DNA of 62,968 bases, counting the filler, from Stramenopiles sp. TOSAG23-2 (taxonomy: Eukaryota): the NCBI GenBank assembly GCA_900128395.1. It is 10 parts of 10 records of this genome, joined end to end, with 100 filler letters (N's around TTAATTAATTAA, not from the genome) between each part and the next. Parts side by side here need not be neighbours in the genome. Positions count along the whole stretch, not along the records: positions 19,043 to 28,444 come from LT650105.1; positions 28,545 to 37,864 come from LT650106.1; 8 more parts are not named here. One strand, written 5' to 3'. Positions 24,079 to 34,540 of this stretch are shown here, in pieces. The translations under genes and the position numbers were made by a program. The notes below the pieces were generated by a model. That model saw only the letters and a list, made by a program, of their open reading frames with translations. It was not told where the DNA came from and searched no databases. How positions within the stretch are numbered: the first letter of the stretch is position 1; the number at the start of each line of letters is the position of its first letter.

Positions 24079-24682
24079 ATACAGCAGTTATTGCATTTTG
24101 AGTGCGGCATGTGTGTATCTTTTTATAAAAATAATTCTTATTTTAGTACGCTCGTACCAGAATATGCATTTGTAGGAACCAACTTTAAGTGTAACGTAAA
24201 ATTAATTCCTTGTGTGATATTTTATTATTTCTCTTACTCATATAATTATATCATACTCGTATTATATATAATATTAAAATATTCTCTTATTTATATTATT
24301 AAATTATCATTTTTCACAAAATAAAAAAAAGTGTAAATGTTCTTTCTCTCTGTGTGAAGAAGTCGCAAGTGTATCACATTTTATTCTTTTTTTTTTATTA
24401 TACGAACGTTCGTATGTTTTATAATATCGGCCTCTAATCCGAACGAAAACTCTTGAAAACGTCACCGCGACGAAAACGTATAATGTATATCATATATATG
24501 TTTATTTTAAGTAAATATATTTTTTAATAATTTCATTTGAAATATGATATATATTTAAATTTATTGTGTGATAAATAACATTAATATATATTATGTACGA
24601 ATATATATTTATGTATTAATATTTAAATATTTAAGTTATATATAGTAGGATAGATAGAATTTTTTTACAGATACAATAATAT

Positions 24683-25284
24683 ATGTTTGGATTATGCCAA
24701 GGTGAACGTGCTTCATCAAAGAAAAATAGAAAACCACCAAAAACTGGATATGGTAAAGATTTAAGTCAATCAAAAGGTGGTGGTTGTTGTGCTGCTGCAA
24801 GAGAAATTAAAACGAAAAACGATTATGAAAAACCTGAAGAATATGTAAGTAAATAAATGAATTTTCTAAAACGATCTCCTTTTTTTTTTTTGCTAACAAA
24901 TATTTGTGTATATGTGTGTATATATATATATTACAGAAATATAGCGAAGATGCAAATCAGAAAAGAATTCAAAAATTAAAAGCGTTAAGAGATAGAGCCA
25001 ATAGTAATGATAGTGTTAAAAGCAATGAAGATAATAATGAGCACCAAGTTTTTGATCAATTCACATATAGATCTAATACAACCACTAATCGTAAGTCTAC
25101 AAAGCTGGATGCAACCTATATTACAAATGTACTTCTTTTACTAACAATAACTTAAAATACACCGACATCATGACATTTCGTATTTTTATTGATACTCTGA
25201 TATTTATTTTATGACAAAAATTATATTTTTGTAGGTTTGAGAAAAAGTGCAGTTGAAAGGATATTAAAAGATACACAAAAATAG
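24683..25284 (+). CDS. Small basic hypothetical protein, 3 exons (24683-24844, 24937-25090, 25235-25284), 121 aa
   Basis: Intron 24845-24936 is GTAAGT..GCTAAC..CAG. Intron 25091-25234 is GTAAGT..TACTAAC..TAG with no AG between branch point and acceptor. The spliced frame is open from MFGLCQGERASSKK to RLRKSAVERILKDTQK*. Confidence 0.7.
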
Positions 25285-25572
25285 GGGGTGCGCACAGGAA
25301 CACACACACCATTTTTTATTATTGTGCATCATATTAGAGTATATATTTTTTAAAATTTTAAGTAAATGCGCGATAGTATATATATATAAAATGTATTTTA
25401 CTATGTTGTAATATTAAAAGTTTTTTTAGTTTACATCATATATATATATGCATTAAAAGCTCCCATTATTACACACCACGCACAATATGTTTCGTATTAC
25501 TTCACGTACACATTAATTATTGATTTTAGAAATTGTATGTTCTTCTTTTTATGCACACAATACTTATTTTTA

Positions 25573-27798
25573 TTAATCATTGTAAAATTTGGTACCGTTT
25601 TTCTCCATGTCTAACAATATTTGTGGTAATTCCCATTGATCACCATATAAATTTTGATAACTACGTAAACGATCATTAAATTCTTTTATACCTATAGAAT
25701 CAATCATACGCAATGGACCGCCAAGGAATGGAGGGAAACCACATCCAAAGACAGCACCTACGTCTGCATGCATTGGTGATTCAACAACACCATCTTGCAC
25801 ACATATTGCAGCTTCAAGAGCAAAGCGACTGGAGCACCTTTCACCAATCTCTTCAACTGATGGTTTGCCCTCTGTATTTTTAACGTATTTTTTCACAATT
25901 TCCAATGCTTCTGGGTTAATACTACCTTTTTTCAGTTTATCATCATATGTAAAGAACCCTTTTTTTGTTTTTTGGCCTAATAATCCTTTTTCTAAAAGAT
26001 CGTCAAATGGTCCAGTAGTTGCACCACCAACTCGTGCACCTAATTCTCCTGCTAAATTTGGTACAATCTTAGCTGCAACATCAATACCAACCATATCCCC
26101 AAGAGTCAATGGTCCCATTGGGAATCCAAATTTAACCATAGCTTTATCAACATCGTCAAAAGCACCCTCCGCGATGCATGCCATCACTTCAACTAGATAT
26201 GGACCTAAACAACGATTGACATAGAATCCAGCAACATCTTTTGTGACAATGATAGTTTTTCCTTGACGCAAACCTAAATCATACGCTCTTGCTAATGTTT
26301 CATCTGAAGTTTTATCAGTTTTAATAATTTCTAACAAAGGCATTTTATCAACTGGTGAGAAATAATGCATACCAACAACATTCTCTGGTCGTTTCGATAC
26401 GCTAGCTATGTCTGCGACTTTCAAACCAGATGTATTAGTTGCGAAAATTGCATCGCCTGGTAAAAGGTCTTCCATTTGCTTTAAAACAGTATGTTTCACA
26501 TTCATATCTTCAAGTACAGCTTCGATCACTAAATCACATGTTTCAAAATGCTTTTTCCAATTGCCATCATCATCTAGTCCAACTATATTTGACATGACTA
26601 AATCTCGATCGAAACCAGACATTTTTCTTCGTTTAACGGTTTTGTCTAAGTTCCCTTTTATTTGACTAAGGCCTCTTGCAACGAATTCTGGTTTCATATC
26701 TTTTAACAACGTGCGAGTGCCTTTTTTTGCAGTCACTTGTGCAATTCCAGCACCCATCAATCCTGCACCCAAAACACCAAATGTTTCTACTGGTTTTTTT
26801 GGTTTATTATATGGATTTTTTTTCAATTTCATCATACCATTAAAGCCAATGCCCATTAAAGCTTTTGATTCGCTTGATTGTGTTAAAATGCCAAAATTTT
26901 CAGCTTCCTTTGCATGTCCAGCTTCCATTCCGCTTTCAACGCCTGTGCGTATAGCTTCCATGATTAATGGAATAGCTGGGTATTTTCCACCTGTCTTTTT
27001 CTCTGCCATTTCTCCTGCTTTCTTGAATAAAACATTACGTCCAAGAGGATTATCTTCTAATGCTCTTGCCATCATATTTTTCTTCTTCGGTTTTCTTTTT
27101 AACGTTCCATCTGCAAGTCCTAACGCAGCTTGTATTGCAGCATTGTCTAAAGCATGAGGATCTGCTACTTGATCTACAAGTCCAGCACGTTTTGCACGAT
27201 CTGCCTTTAAATTTTGCCCTGTTGTTGCCATGGTAAGTGCTTGTTGTATTCCTACAAGTTTTGGTAAGCGTTGAGTACCTCCAGCACCTGGCAATAAACC
27301 TAACTGTACCTCTGGAAAGCCTAGAATAGTTTTCGGATTCGAACTTGCAATTCGATAATGGCATGCCATGGCAAGCTCAGCGCCGCCACCAAGTGCAGAA
27401 CCGTTAATAGCCGCTACAATAGGTTTTTTCAAATTTTCCACTTTGTTCATCATTATCTGTCCCTCTGCAGAAATTTTTGCACCATCCTCCGCACTTGTTA
27501 ACGCTGCTAATTGATTAATATCTGCACCTGCAACAAAGTTATTTTTTTTATCTGATCGAAGAACACATGCCTTAATAGAATCATCACCTTCAATAATAGA
27601 CAATAATGCAGGTAAATCATCCTGCAATTCTGCCGTCAATGAATTGACAGGTGCATTTGGACAATCAATTGTTATCATTGCGACACCATTCTGTAATACG
27701 TTCACTTTAAAACATTTTAAATCAGCTGCCGTTGCTATTGTTCGAATATTTTTTGGAATCGTACGTTGTAAATTTAAATTACTAAGTCTGCTTAACAT
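25573..27798 (-). CDS. HADHA: Mitochondrial trifunctional enzyme alpha subunit (enoyl-CoA hydratase / 3-hydroxyacyl-CoA dehydrogenase)
   Basis: Arg/Ser-rich presequence; FVAGADI, ALGGGAELAMACHYR, PEVQLGLLPGAGGTQRLP, GAGLMGAGIA, IEAVLED, ATNTSGL, GMHYFSPVDKMPLLEI, GFPPFLGGP. Confidence 0.95.
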   Translation of the reverse strand: MLSRLSNLNLQRTIPKNIRTIATAADLKCFKVNVLQNGVAMITIDCPNAPVNSLTAELQDDLPALLSIIEGDDSIKACVLRSDKKNNFVAGADINQLAALTSAEDGAKISAEGQIMMNKVENLKKPIVAAINGSALGGGAELAMACHYRIASSNPKTILGFPEVQLGLLPGAGGTQRLPKLVGIQQALTMATTGQNLKADRAKRAGLVDQVADPHALDNAAIQAALGLADGTLKRKPKKKNMMARALEDNPLGRNVLFKKAGEMAEKKTGGKYPAIPLIMEAIRTGVESGMEAGHAKEAENFGILTQSSESKALMGIGFNGMMKLKKNPYNKPKKPVETFGVLGAGLMGAGIAQVTAKKGTRTLLKDMKPEFVARGLSQIKGNLDKTVKRRKMSGFDRDLVMSNIVGLDDDGNWKKHFETCDLVIEAVLEDMNVKHTVLKQMEDLLPGDAIFATNTSGLKVADIASVSKRPENVVGMHYFSPVDKMPLLEIIKTDKTSDETLARAYDLGLRQGKTIIVTKDVAGFYVNRCLGPYLVEVMACIAEGAFDDVDKAMVKFGFPMGPLTLGDMVGIDVAAKIVPNLAGELGARVGGATTGPFDDLLEKGLLGQKTKKGFFTYDDKLKKGSINPEALEIVKKYVKNTEGKPSVEEIGERCSSRFALEAAICVQDGVVESPMHADVGAVFGCGFPPFLGGPLRMIDSIGIKEFNDRLRSYQNLYGDQWELPQILLDMEKNGTKFYND

Positions 27799-28885
27799 GT
27801 TAACTTTTTAAATATGTATCTATAATATTAATTGAGCCGTGAGAGCGGGGAATGGTAAGGGGCGATAGAGAAGTAAATACGATATCGAATATTAATTTGG
27901 ATTTTATAACTATTCTATATAGCTATCTACTTTGTTCTATTTTTTACTATTGTTTATTAAAAAGATACAAAAGAATATTCATTTCTTGTGTATATTTATG
28001 TGGCTATGGTTACCCATCAGCTATTATACCACCTGTATGTTAATTGGCTACCACATATCCGGATTCAATATTAACAAAGGAATACCATTACAACTCGCAT
28101 ATTTTCCATCAAATTTCATCATTTTCAACATTTTCAACCTAAATTCTTCAATTTCAATGTTATGATGATGGATTTTTCATTTCATTACATGAAAACAAAG
28201 GAAAAACATTGAAAATACCTTTTTAAACTTAGGCTCCACTAGTATACCATTTTTCCTATCAATTGGCAAAATAATTTTGACATTTCTTGTTTTCAGAAAT
28301 TAGGGATAGCAGAATTTCTGGCATCAAATTTTTACACTAAAATTTGTACTTAAATAAATTATTAATTTACAGAAATGACTAAAATAAACTATAAAATTCA
28401 TAGAAATCATTAAATTATAAAAATATCCATTTTTAAAAACACAANNNNNNNNNNNNNNNNNNNNNNNNNNNNNNNNNNNNNNNNNNNNTTAATTAATTAA
28501 NNNNNNNNNNNNNNNNNNNNNNNNNNNNNNNNNNNNNNNNNNNNATTCATGTTTGAGGTGTTATAGAAATGTAGTATAAATTTCGTAGTCTAATTTACGT
28601 AATTTTGTTAGAGTACTTAAAACTATAGTATGGAGATTTTTTGTTAATTGATATTGTTTATGAAAATGGCCCTATCAAGTGTTTTTGTCTTAGTGCTGTG
28701 TTTATGTTAGATGTAAGCATAGACACAGGCCTTAGAACATTTTTTCTTTGATGTTACGTTTACAAGTATGACATATTTGTAGTGTTTGGTGTATTTGATA
28801 GACACAGGGGATAATTTCACTTTTTTATAGAGAGGATCATCAAATTTATATATTTTTAAAATGGTTATCACTCCAATCTGGCAAT

Positions 28886-30076
28886 CTACAATCGATGTTT
28901 ATAATTCAACGCACCTTGAAATTTAGTGAAAAGTCCGCCGCCAGTTGTTTGAATAAACATCTGTATCAATGCAACCAACACGTCAGGGCAATCTTCTTGC
29001 ACGAAATGACCAGCATTTTCCAGCTGTATGATTGGTACATCCCCATATATTTTTCGAAACAGTTTCATTGTACCATTACTAAAACGTATTGCACGATCAT
29101 GTTTCCCGTATGCCAACCAAACAGGTTTCTTTGCTAATATTTCATAATTTTCTGTTGTGGTTGCTTCTGTAGGAAAACGTTGGGCTTCTGGTGATAATGC
29201 TAATTGTCCAATAGCTTCCATAGGAAAATTTAACGCCCCTACAGCAGATGCTTCTGTTGGAAATTGTGAACTATATGCACGACACCATGTATCCGTCATG
29301 TTTTCTTCACTTTGAAATCCAACTAAATGTTTCATTGTTTGTACAACTGTTGAACCAGAATTCAATAATACTTGCTCGGTACGCCCTTGTGGTGCTCTAC
29401 CATTACGATCTGAATAACGCCCTGGACAAAGATAATCTGGATCTTTTGGAATACCATTTAATATCCATTGAAACCACCGTTGCCCCGATTCTTTATTACG
29501 TAACGCTGTGATTTTATCAAGTGGCAATCTACCATGATCATCTCGTCCAGCAATGGGATACATACCACCAGGTGCAGGAAAAGCAGCTGATAAATAAAAG
29601 ATCCGCGAAATGATATTTGGCCTTCTTAATGCATATTGTGTTCCGATGATAACACCCCAATCTTGTATGACAAATGTTACATTTTCAACTTGTAAATGAT
29701 CCAAGAGATTTACTAAATTTAACGTATGGGTACGCATACAGTACTCTTTGTTTGGTGGCGTTTCACTTTTACCAAAACCCATATGATCTGGAACAATAAC
29801 GCGGTGAGTTTTAGATAATGGTGTAATAAAATTTCGATACAAGTATCCCCATGTTGGTTCTCCATGGAGCAATACAATGGTTCCAGTAGATGCATTCTCA
29901 GAACCTTCCTCAACATAATGTTGTTTGAATCCATTCCCATAAAAGAAATGTGGTTTAAATGGCCAAGTTCCATCAAAATTTTCGTCTTCAGGTATACAAG
30001 TTAATGCCGCGTCATTGGAAAATGGAGGTATAGAGCGGTTGCCTGGATATGTTTCCTTTGTACCTTGTTCTGTCAT
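28886..30076 (-). CDS. Haloalkane dehalogenase-like alpha/beta hydrolase
   Basis: LLHGEPTWGYLYR, PDHMGFGKSE, nucleophile elbow VIQDWG, AGHFVQED; ends in HRL (possible PTS1 variant). Confidence 0.85.
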   Translation of the reverse strand: MTEQGTKETYPGNRSIPPFSNDAALTCIPEDENFDGTWPFKPHFFYGNGFKQHYVEEGSENASTGTIVLLHGEPTWGYLYRNFITPLSKTHRVIVPDHMGFGKSETPPNKEYCMRTHTLNLVNLLDHLQVENVTFVIQDWGVIIGTQYALRRPNIISRIFYLSAAFPAPGGMYPIAGRDDHGRLPLDKITALRNKESGQRWFQWILNGIPKDPDYLCPGRYSDRNGRAPQGRTEQVLLNSGSTVVQTMKHLVGFQSEENMTDTWCRAYSSQFPTEASAVGALNFPMEAIGQLALSPEAQRFPTEATTTENYEILAKKPVWLAYGKHDRAIRFSNGTMKLFRKIYGDVPIIQLENAGHFVQEDCPDVLVALIQMFIQTTGGGLFTKFQGALNYKHRL

Positions 30077-30705
30077 CTTTCTACCTTGTTAATGCTTTCC
30101 TATCTTTGATATTACTTATATATATTATCTATATATCTATCTATACAACTAGTATAAGAGTTTAATTTATATTTTAAAACACCTTTATATATATATATAT
30201 TGTACGAAATATACCAAAGATACTCACGTGTTAATATATTATATTGGCCAACAACGAGGAAATGTAATATCCATCTACTACTATGTGTAAATCTAATTTG
30301 TAATAATTTATTAATAATAATTGCATGGATTTGCACTTAATTCTATCTTCGGATGTTCATTTTGGTGCATTTTGCGAACTTTTTTGTTATCAATGGTATT
30401 TACCTGCAAAATAATCTCGGTCCAACAAATTTATAAAAGATATGCGAGTGTATATTAATAAAAACTATATAAATATATATTGGCCGACGCGATGAAATTG
30501 ATTATTATGTATTTTGTATATCTAATTTGTAGTAATACTGTATAATTTTATTATTAATTATTGATTTTTTTCTTCTTCTTCTTCTTCAACATCATTTTTT
30601 TTTGTTTTAGCATTGCTTTAGTGAAAAAAGTATATAATACGAAGCAACATTAAAAAACAATAACAAACAATCAACAAAAAACACCCTTTCTATAGGAGAA
30701 CCAAT

Positions 30706-32670
30706 ATGATTCATTTGGAAAAAGAAAAATCAAATAAAAAAAGATGCGTCGTTGTCATGTTTGATACGTTATGTAGGCGTTTCCTACCAACGTATAACGA
30801 CGATGCATCTTGGGTGATTGCACCTAATTTTCAAAGATTAGCAAAACGTTGTGTACAATTTAATAAGTGTTATGTAGGAGGTATGGCATGTATGCCAGCA
30901 AGAAGAGAAATGCATACGGGTAGACATAGTTTTCTTCATCGTGCATGGGGTCCATTAGAACCATTTGATGATTCGATGCCAGCTCTGTTGCAACGAGAAC
31001 GGCAATATGATGAAAATGCAAAAGATGGTCCAGTACACACTCATATAGTCACAGATCACCATCATTACTGGGAAGACGGAGGAGCAACATATCACCAGCG
31101 TTATTCTACGTTTGAATTTGTCAGAGGGCAAGAAGGTGATAAATGGAAAGGAGAAGTTTTATCAGAAGATGAAAAAGCAGGAAAAAATTTAGAAATTTAT
31201 CCACATTTTTTAAATTTAAATCCTATTCAAATTCGTGATCAAATTAATCGAAAATACATGCCGCGCACGGCTGATATGCCGCAGCATAGAACATTTACCC
31301 TTGGTCTTGAATTTTTAGAAAAAAATGTCGACAAAGACAGATTTTATCTACAAATTGAAACATTTGATCCTCATGAACCTTTTTTCACGACGTCTGAATG
31401 GAAACATCTGTATCCACATAAATACGATGGGCCTGAATGGGATTGGCCACCTTATCGACCTTTACTTGAAAGTGATGAAATGGTTAACCATATGCGTTGT
31501 GAATTTGCAGCATTAATAACACTTTGTGATGCTATGTTGGGTCGTGTGTTGGATTTTTTTGATCGACACAACATGTGGGAAGATACCATGCTAATTGTAA
31601 ATACAGATCATGGATTTCTAATGGGTGAGAAAGATTGGTGGGCAAAAGTTTATAACCCATTGTTTGATGAAATTGCTAATATACCATTTTACGTTTGGGA
31701 TCCACGCCATTATGATGATGAGAAAGATGCCAACCCATTCCAAGTGAATAATAGCATCGGAAAAAATTTACAATGTGATTGTTTAGTCCAGTCTTCTTCT
31801 GATATTCCAGCAACTGTAATGGGATATTTTGGAGCGAAAAGGCCACGATGTATGACTGGCACAGATTTAGGTGACCTCCTTGCACACATTTATCAACAAG
31901 GCAAATTGTTGGCGGAAAGTAAGCAAAATATAATTTCAAACATTCCACAATCCTTACATCCACATCCACATGGTGGTATCTTTGGTTATTTTGGATGCCA
32001 AGTTAATTACATAACACCGGATGGTAAATACGTTTACATGCGTGGCTGTGCAGAGAATATAAATAATGGACCCCAATTTGAATATACTCTAATGCCTACC
32101 AGAATGGCTAGTTTTTTTAACCGGAAAGAACTTAGCAATTGGACGGAAAGCGGAGGTGGTGGGAAAAATCCGGAAACAGATATTTATGAAGATATCTTTG
32201 CATTTACGAAAGGGTACAAGGTGATGAAAGTTCCAACAGAAGTTTGGTTGGAATCCTCTTTTCTATATAATAACTTTGGTAGTTATAAAAAAGGTGAAAG
32301 GGAGATTCCAAGTTCATCAACGTTACTGTTTGATATGGAGAATGATCCATGGCAAGACCATCCACTAAATGATCCTGGAGTGGAACTGGAAATGTTAAAG
32401 AAATTATATTTTATGCTACAAATTCATGATGCCCCATTGTTTCAATATAAACGTTTAGGATTACCATTACCACATCCGCGTGGTACCGTAAATGGCGATC
32501 CAATAGATCTTTCTAACTGTACATTTATCAATACGGAAAGAGGGCAACGTTTCGTACGCCAAGGAGGTAGAGGTAATGCATATTATAGCAAAACAATGAC
32601 AGGTCTTTGGAAAATTAAAATTGCAAAATATGGTCAAAAATTTATGAAAGAACAATTGGCAAAGATATGA
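30706..32670 (+). CDS. Cys-type formylglycine-dependent sulfatase, bacterial-like, no signal peptide
   Basis: VMFDTL, APNFQRLA, CMPARREMHTG (CxPxR), FDPHEPF, NTDHG, WAK, LFDMENDPWQ. Confidence 0.9.
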   Translation: MIHLEKEKSNKKRCVVVMFDTLCRRFLPTYNDDASWVIAPNFQRLAKRCVQFNKCYVGGMACMPARREMHTGRHSFLHRAWGPLEPFDDSMPALLQRERQYDENAKDGPVHTHIVTDHHHYWEDGGATYHQRYSTFEFVRGQEGDKWKGEVLSEDEKAGKNLEIYPHFLNLNPIQIRDQINRKYMPRTADMPQHRTFTLGLEFLEKNVDKDRFYLQIETFDPHEPFFTTSEWKHLYPHKYDGPEWDWPPYRPLLESDEMVNHMRCEFAALITLCDAMLGRVLDFFDRHNMWEDTMLIVNTDHGFLMGEKDWWAKVYNPLFDEIANIPFYVWDPRHYDDEKDANPFQVNNSIGKNLQCDCLVQSSSDIPATVMGYFGAKRPRCMTGTDLGDLLAHIYQQGKLLAESKQNIISNIPQSLHPHPHGGIFGYFGCQVNYITPDGKYVYMRGCAENINNGPQFEYTLMPTRMASFFNRKELSNWTESGGGGKNPETDIYEDIFAFTKGYKVMKVPTEVWLESSFLYNNFGSYKKGEREIPSSSTLLFDMENDPWQDHPLNDPGVELEMLKKLYFMLQIHDAPLFQYKRLGLPLPHPRGTVNGDPIDLSNCTFINTERGQRFVRQGGRGNAYYSKTMTGLWKIKIAKYGQKFMKEQLAKI

Positions 32671-33137
32671 TTAATATAAAAATATATATATATATAATAT
32701 ATTTAGCAGAGATTAATATTTTGTTGTTATTTTGACTGTGTGTGTGGGATATAATATGGTGTGTGTCTGCGAGTTTGTAAAAAACTTCTTTTTTTAATGT
32801 GTACACACTAACACACGTCTCATATCTTTTAATATTGTTAATACATTTTACTCGTCAATCTTTTTAATACAAAAAATATTGTACGAATAAAAAATGTTAA
32901 AATTACACACAAAAATCGATGGGGGAATTTCAAAACTAACATTTATATATCAAACATTATATTACCACATATAGATTATATAAAAAAATATTTCAAAACA
33001 CAAGCGAGTACATGTGTCTATTATTAAAAATAACATTTCCCCCCATGTGTCTATTATTAAAAATAACATTTCCCCCCTTTCTTTATATACATATATATTC
33101 AAAAGATGTCAGAGAGTACCTCATTAAAATTTCTTTT

Positions 33138-34265
33138 TTATTTTTCCAACAATAATTCTGCAATTTGGACGGCATTCAATGCTGCACCTTTCAAAAGTTG
33201 GTCACCAGCAATAAAAAATTCAATTCCAGTTCCTTTATCTAATGATTGATCATAACGTACTCTTCCAACTAAAATATCATGTAATCCTGAAGCATCTTGT
33301 GGCTCTGGATGTTTATTGTTTTTACGATCATCGACTAGACGTATACCAGGTGCATTTTCAAATACTTCATACACTTCTTTCAATGTTACTGGTTGTTTAA
33401 ATTGTAAATTAATTGATTCACAATGAGCACGTAAAACAGGAACACGAACACATGTAATAGCCACTTTAAAATCTTCTTCAAATATTTTTGGTGTTTCTTC
33501 AATCATTTTCCATTCTTCCTCGTTGTAACCACCATTATCTTCATAAATTGGGGCGTTATGATTGAAGAGGTTGAAAATATATTGTCGACCAAAAATATCT
33601 TGCGTTAAAGGCTTTTGATTTACCCAATCTGCTGCTTGCTGCTCCAATTCTTTCATAGCATCCAGACCGGCACCAGACGCAGCTTGATATGTCGAAACTA
33701 CAGCACGCTCGACACCAAATGCTTTGTGCAATGGGTATACAGGCACATTCATTAAAATGGTTGTACAATTTGGATTTGCAATGATATTTTGATGCGCTTT
33801 GACCGCATGCCCATTAACTTCTGGCACAACTAGTGGTACGTTTGGATCCATACGAAATTCACTGCTATTGTCTACCACAATGCAACCTGCGCTAGCAGCT
33901 ATCGGCGCCCATGTTTTCGAGAAGTCACCGCCTGCAGAAAATAATACAATATCAAGATTATTAAAAGATGATTCATCTACTACTTTACATGAAAATTTAT
34001 TATTATCAAAGATAACTTCATCTCCTTCCTCAGATGGATGTGCGAAAAAGGAGCATTCATTGTATGGAAAATTCAATGCTTCTAAGCAATTCCTCATTTC
34101 AATACCAACTGCACCAGTTGCTCCAACTACACCAATATTTGGTTTGACTAAACCATTTCTCCCTGCTGTGGAAAATAATTTGGTAGTTGTACACTTCACC
34201 CTATTTTTTGCATGTTTAATTAATAAACGTTTCGTTGTTGATTTTGATATATAGTTCAATAACAT
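33138..34265 (-). CDS. asd: Aspartate-semialdehyde dehydrogenase with N-terminal mitochondrial-type presequence
   Basis: VVGATGAVG, VVDNSSEFRM..VPLVVPEVN, IIANPNCTT (catalytic Cys), STYQAASGAG, TCVRVPVLRAHCES, DQLLKGAALNAVQIAE. Confidence 0.95.
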   Translation of the reverse strand: MLLNYISKSTTKRLLIKHAKNRVKCTTTKLFSTAGRNGLVKPNIGVVGATGAVGIEMRNCLEALNFPYNECSFFAHPSEEGDEVIFDNNKFSCKVVDESSFNNLDIVLFSAGGDFSKTWAPIAASAGCIVVDNSSEFRMDPNVPLVVPEVNGHAVKAHQNIIANPNCTTILMNVPVYPLHKAFGVERAVVSTYQAASGAGLDAMKELEQQAADWVNQKPLTQDIFGRQYIFNLFNHNAPIYEDNGGYNEEEWKMIEETPKIFEEDFKVAITCVRVPVLRAHCESINLQFKQPVTLKEVYEVFENAPGIRLVDDRKNNKHPEPQDASGLHDILVGRVRYDQSLDKGTGIEFFIAGDQLLKGAALNAVQIAELLLEK

Positions 34266-34540
34266 AATCTTTATTTATTTTTCTATTTATATATATATAT
34301 ATATTAATAATAAATATGATAATTATTCTATTTCTTAGTACAGTGATTGCTTTTGTATTATATGTTTATTATATTACTTCCCATCCAATCCCTCTTCTCT
34401 ATAATATTCTACTTTCTGCAAGCGCAAGAGTCTTCCTATTCCCAGCTGAAAGATAATAATAAAGATAATACCAAGTAATATATAGACCTGGTCTGGTAGT
34501 AGAGTTTTACACTTGAAAAAAAAATATGTATAATATATAT

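Noticed and set aside
33011-33077. 33-bp direct repeat downstream of asd
   Set aside because: Two copies only, in non-coding DNA; local slippage or assembly stutter.
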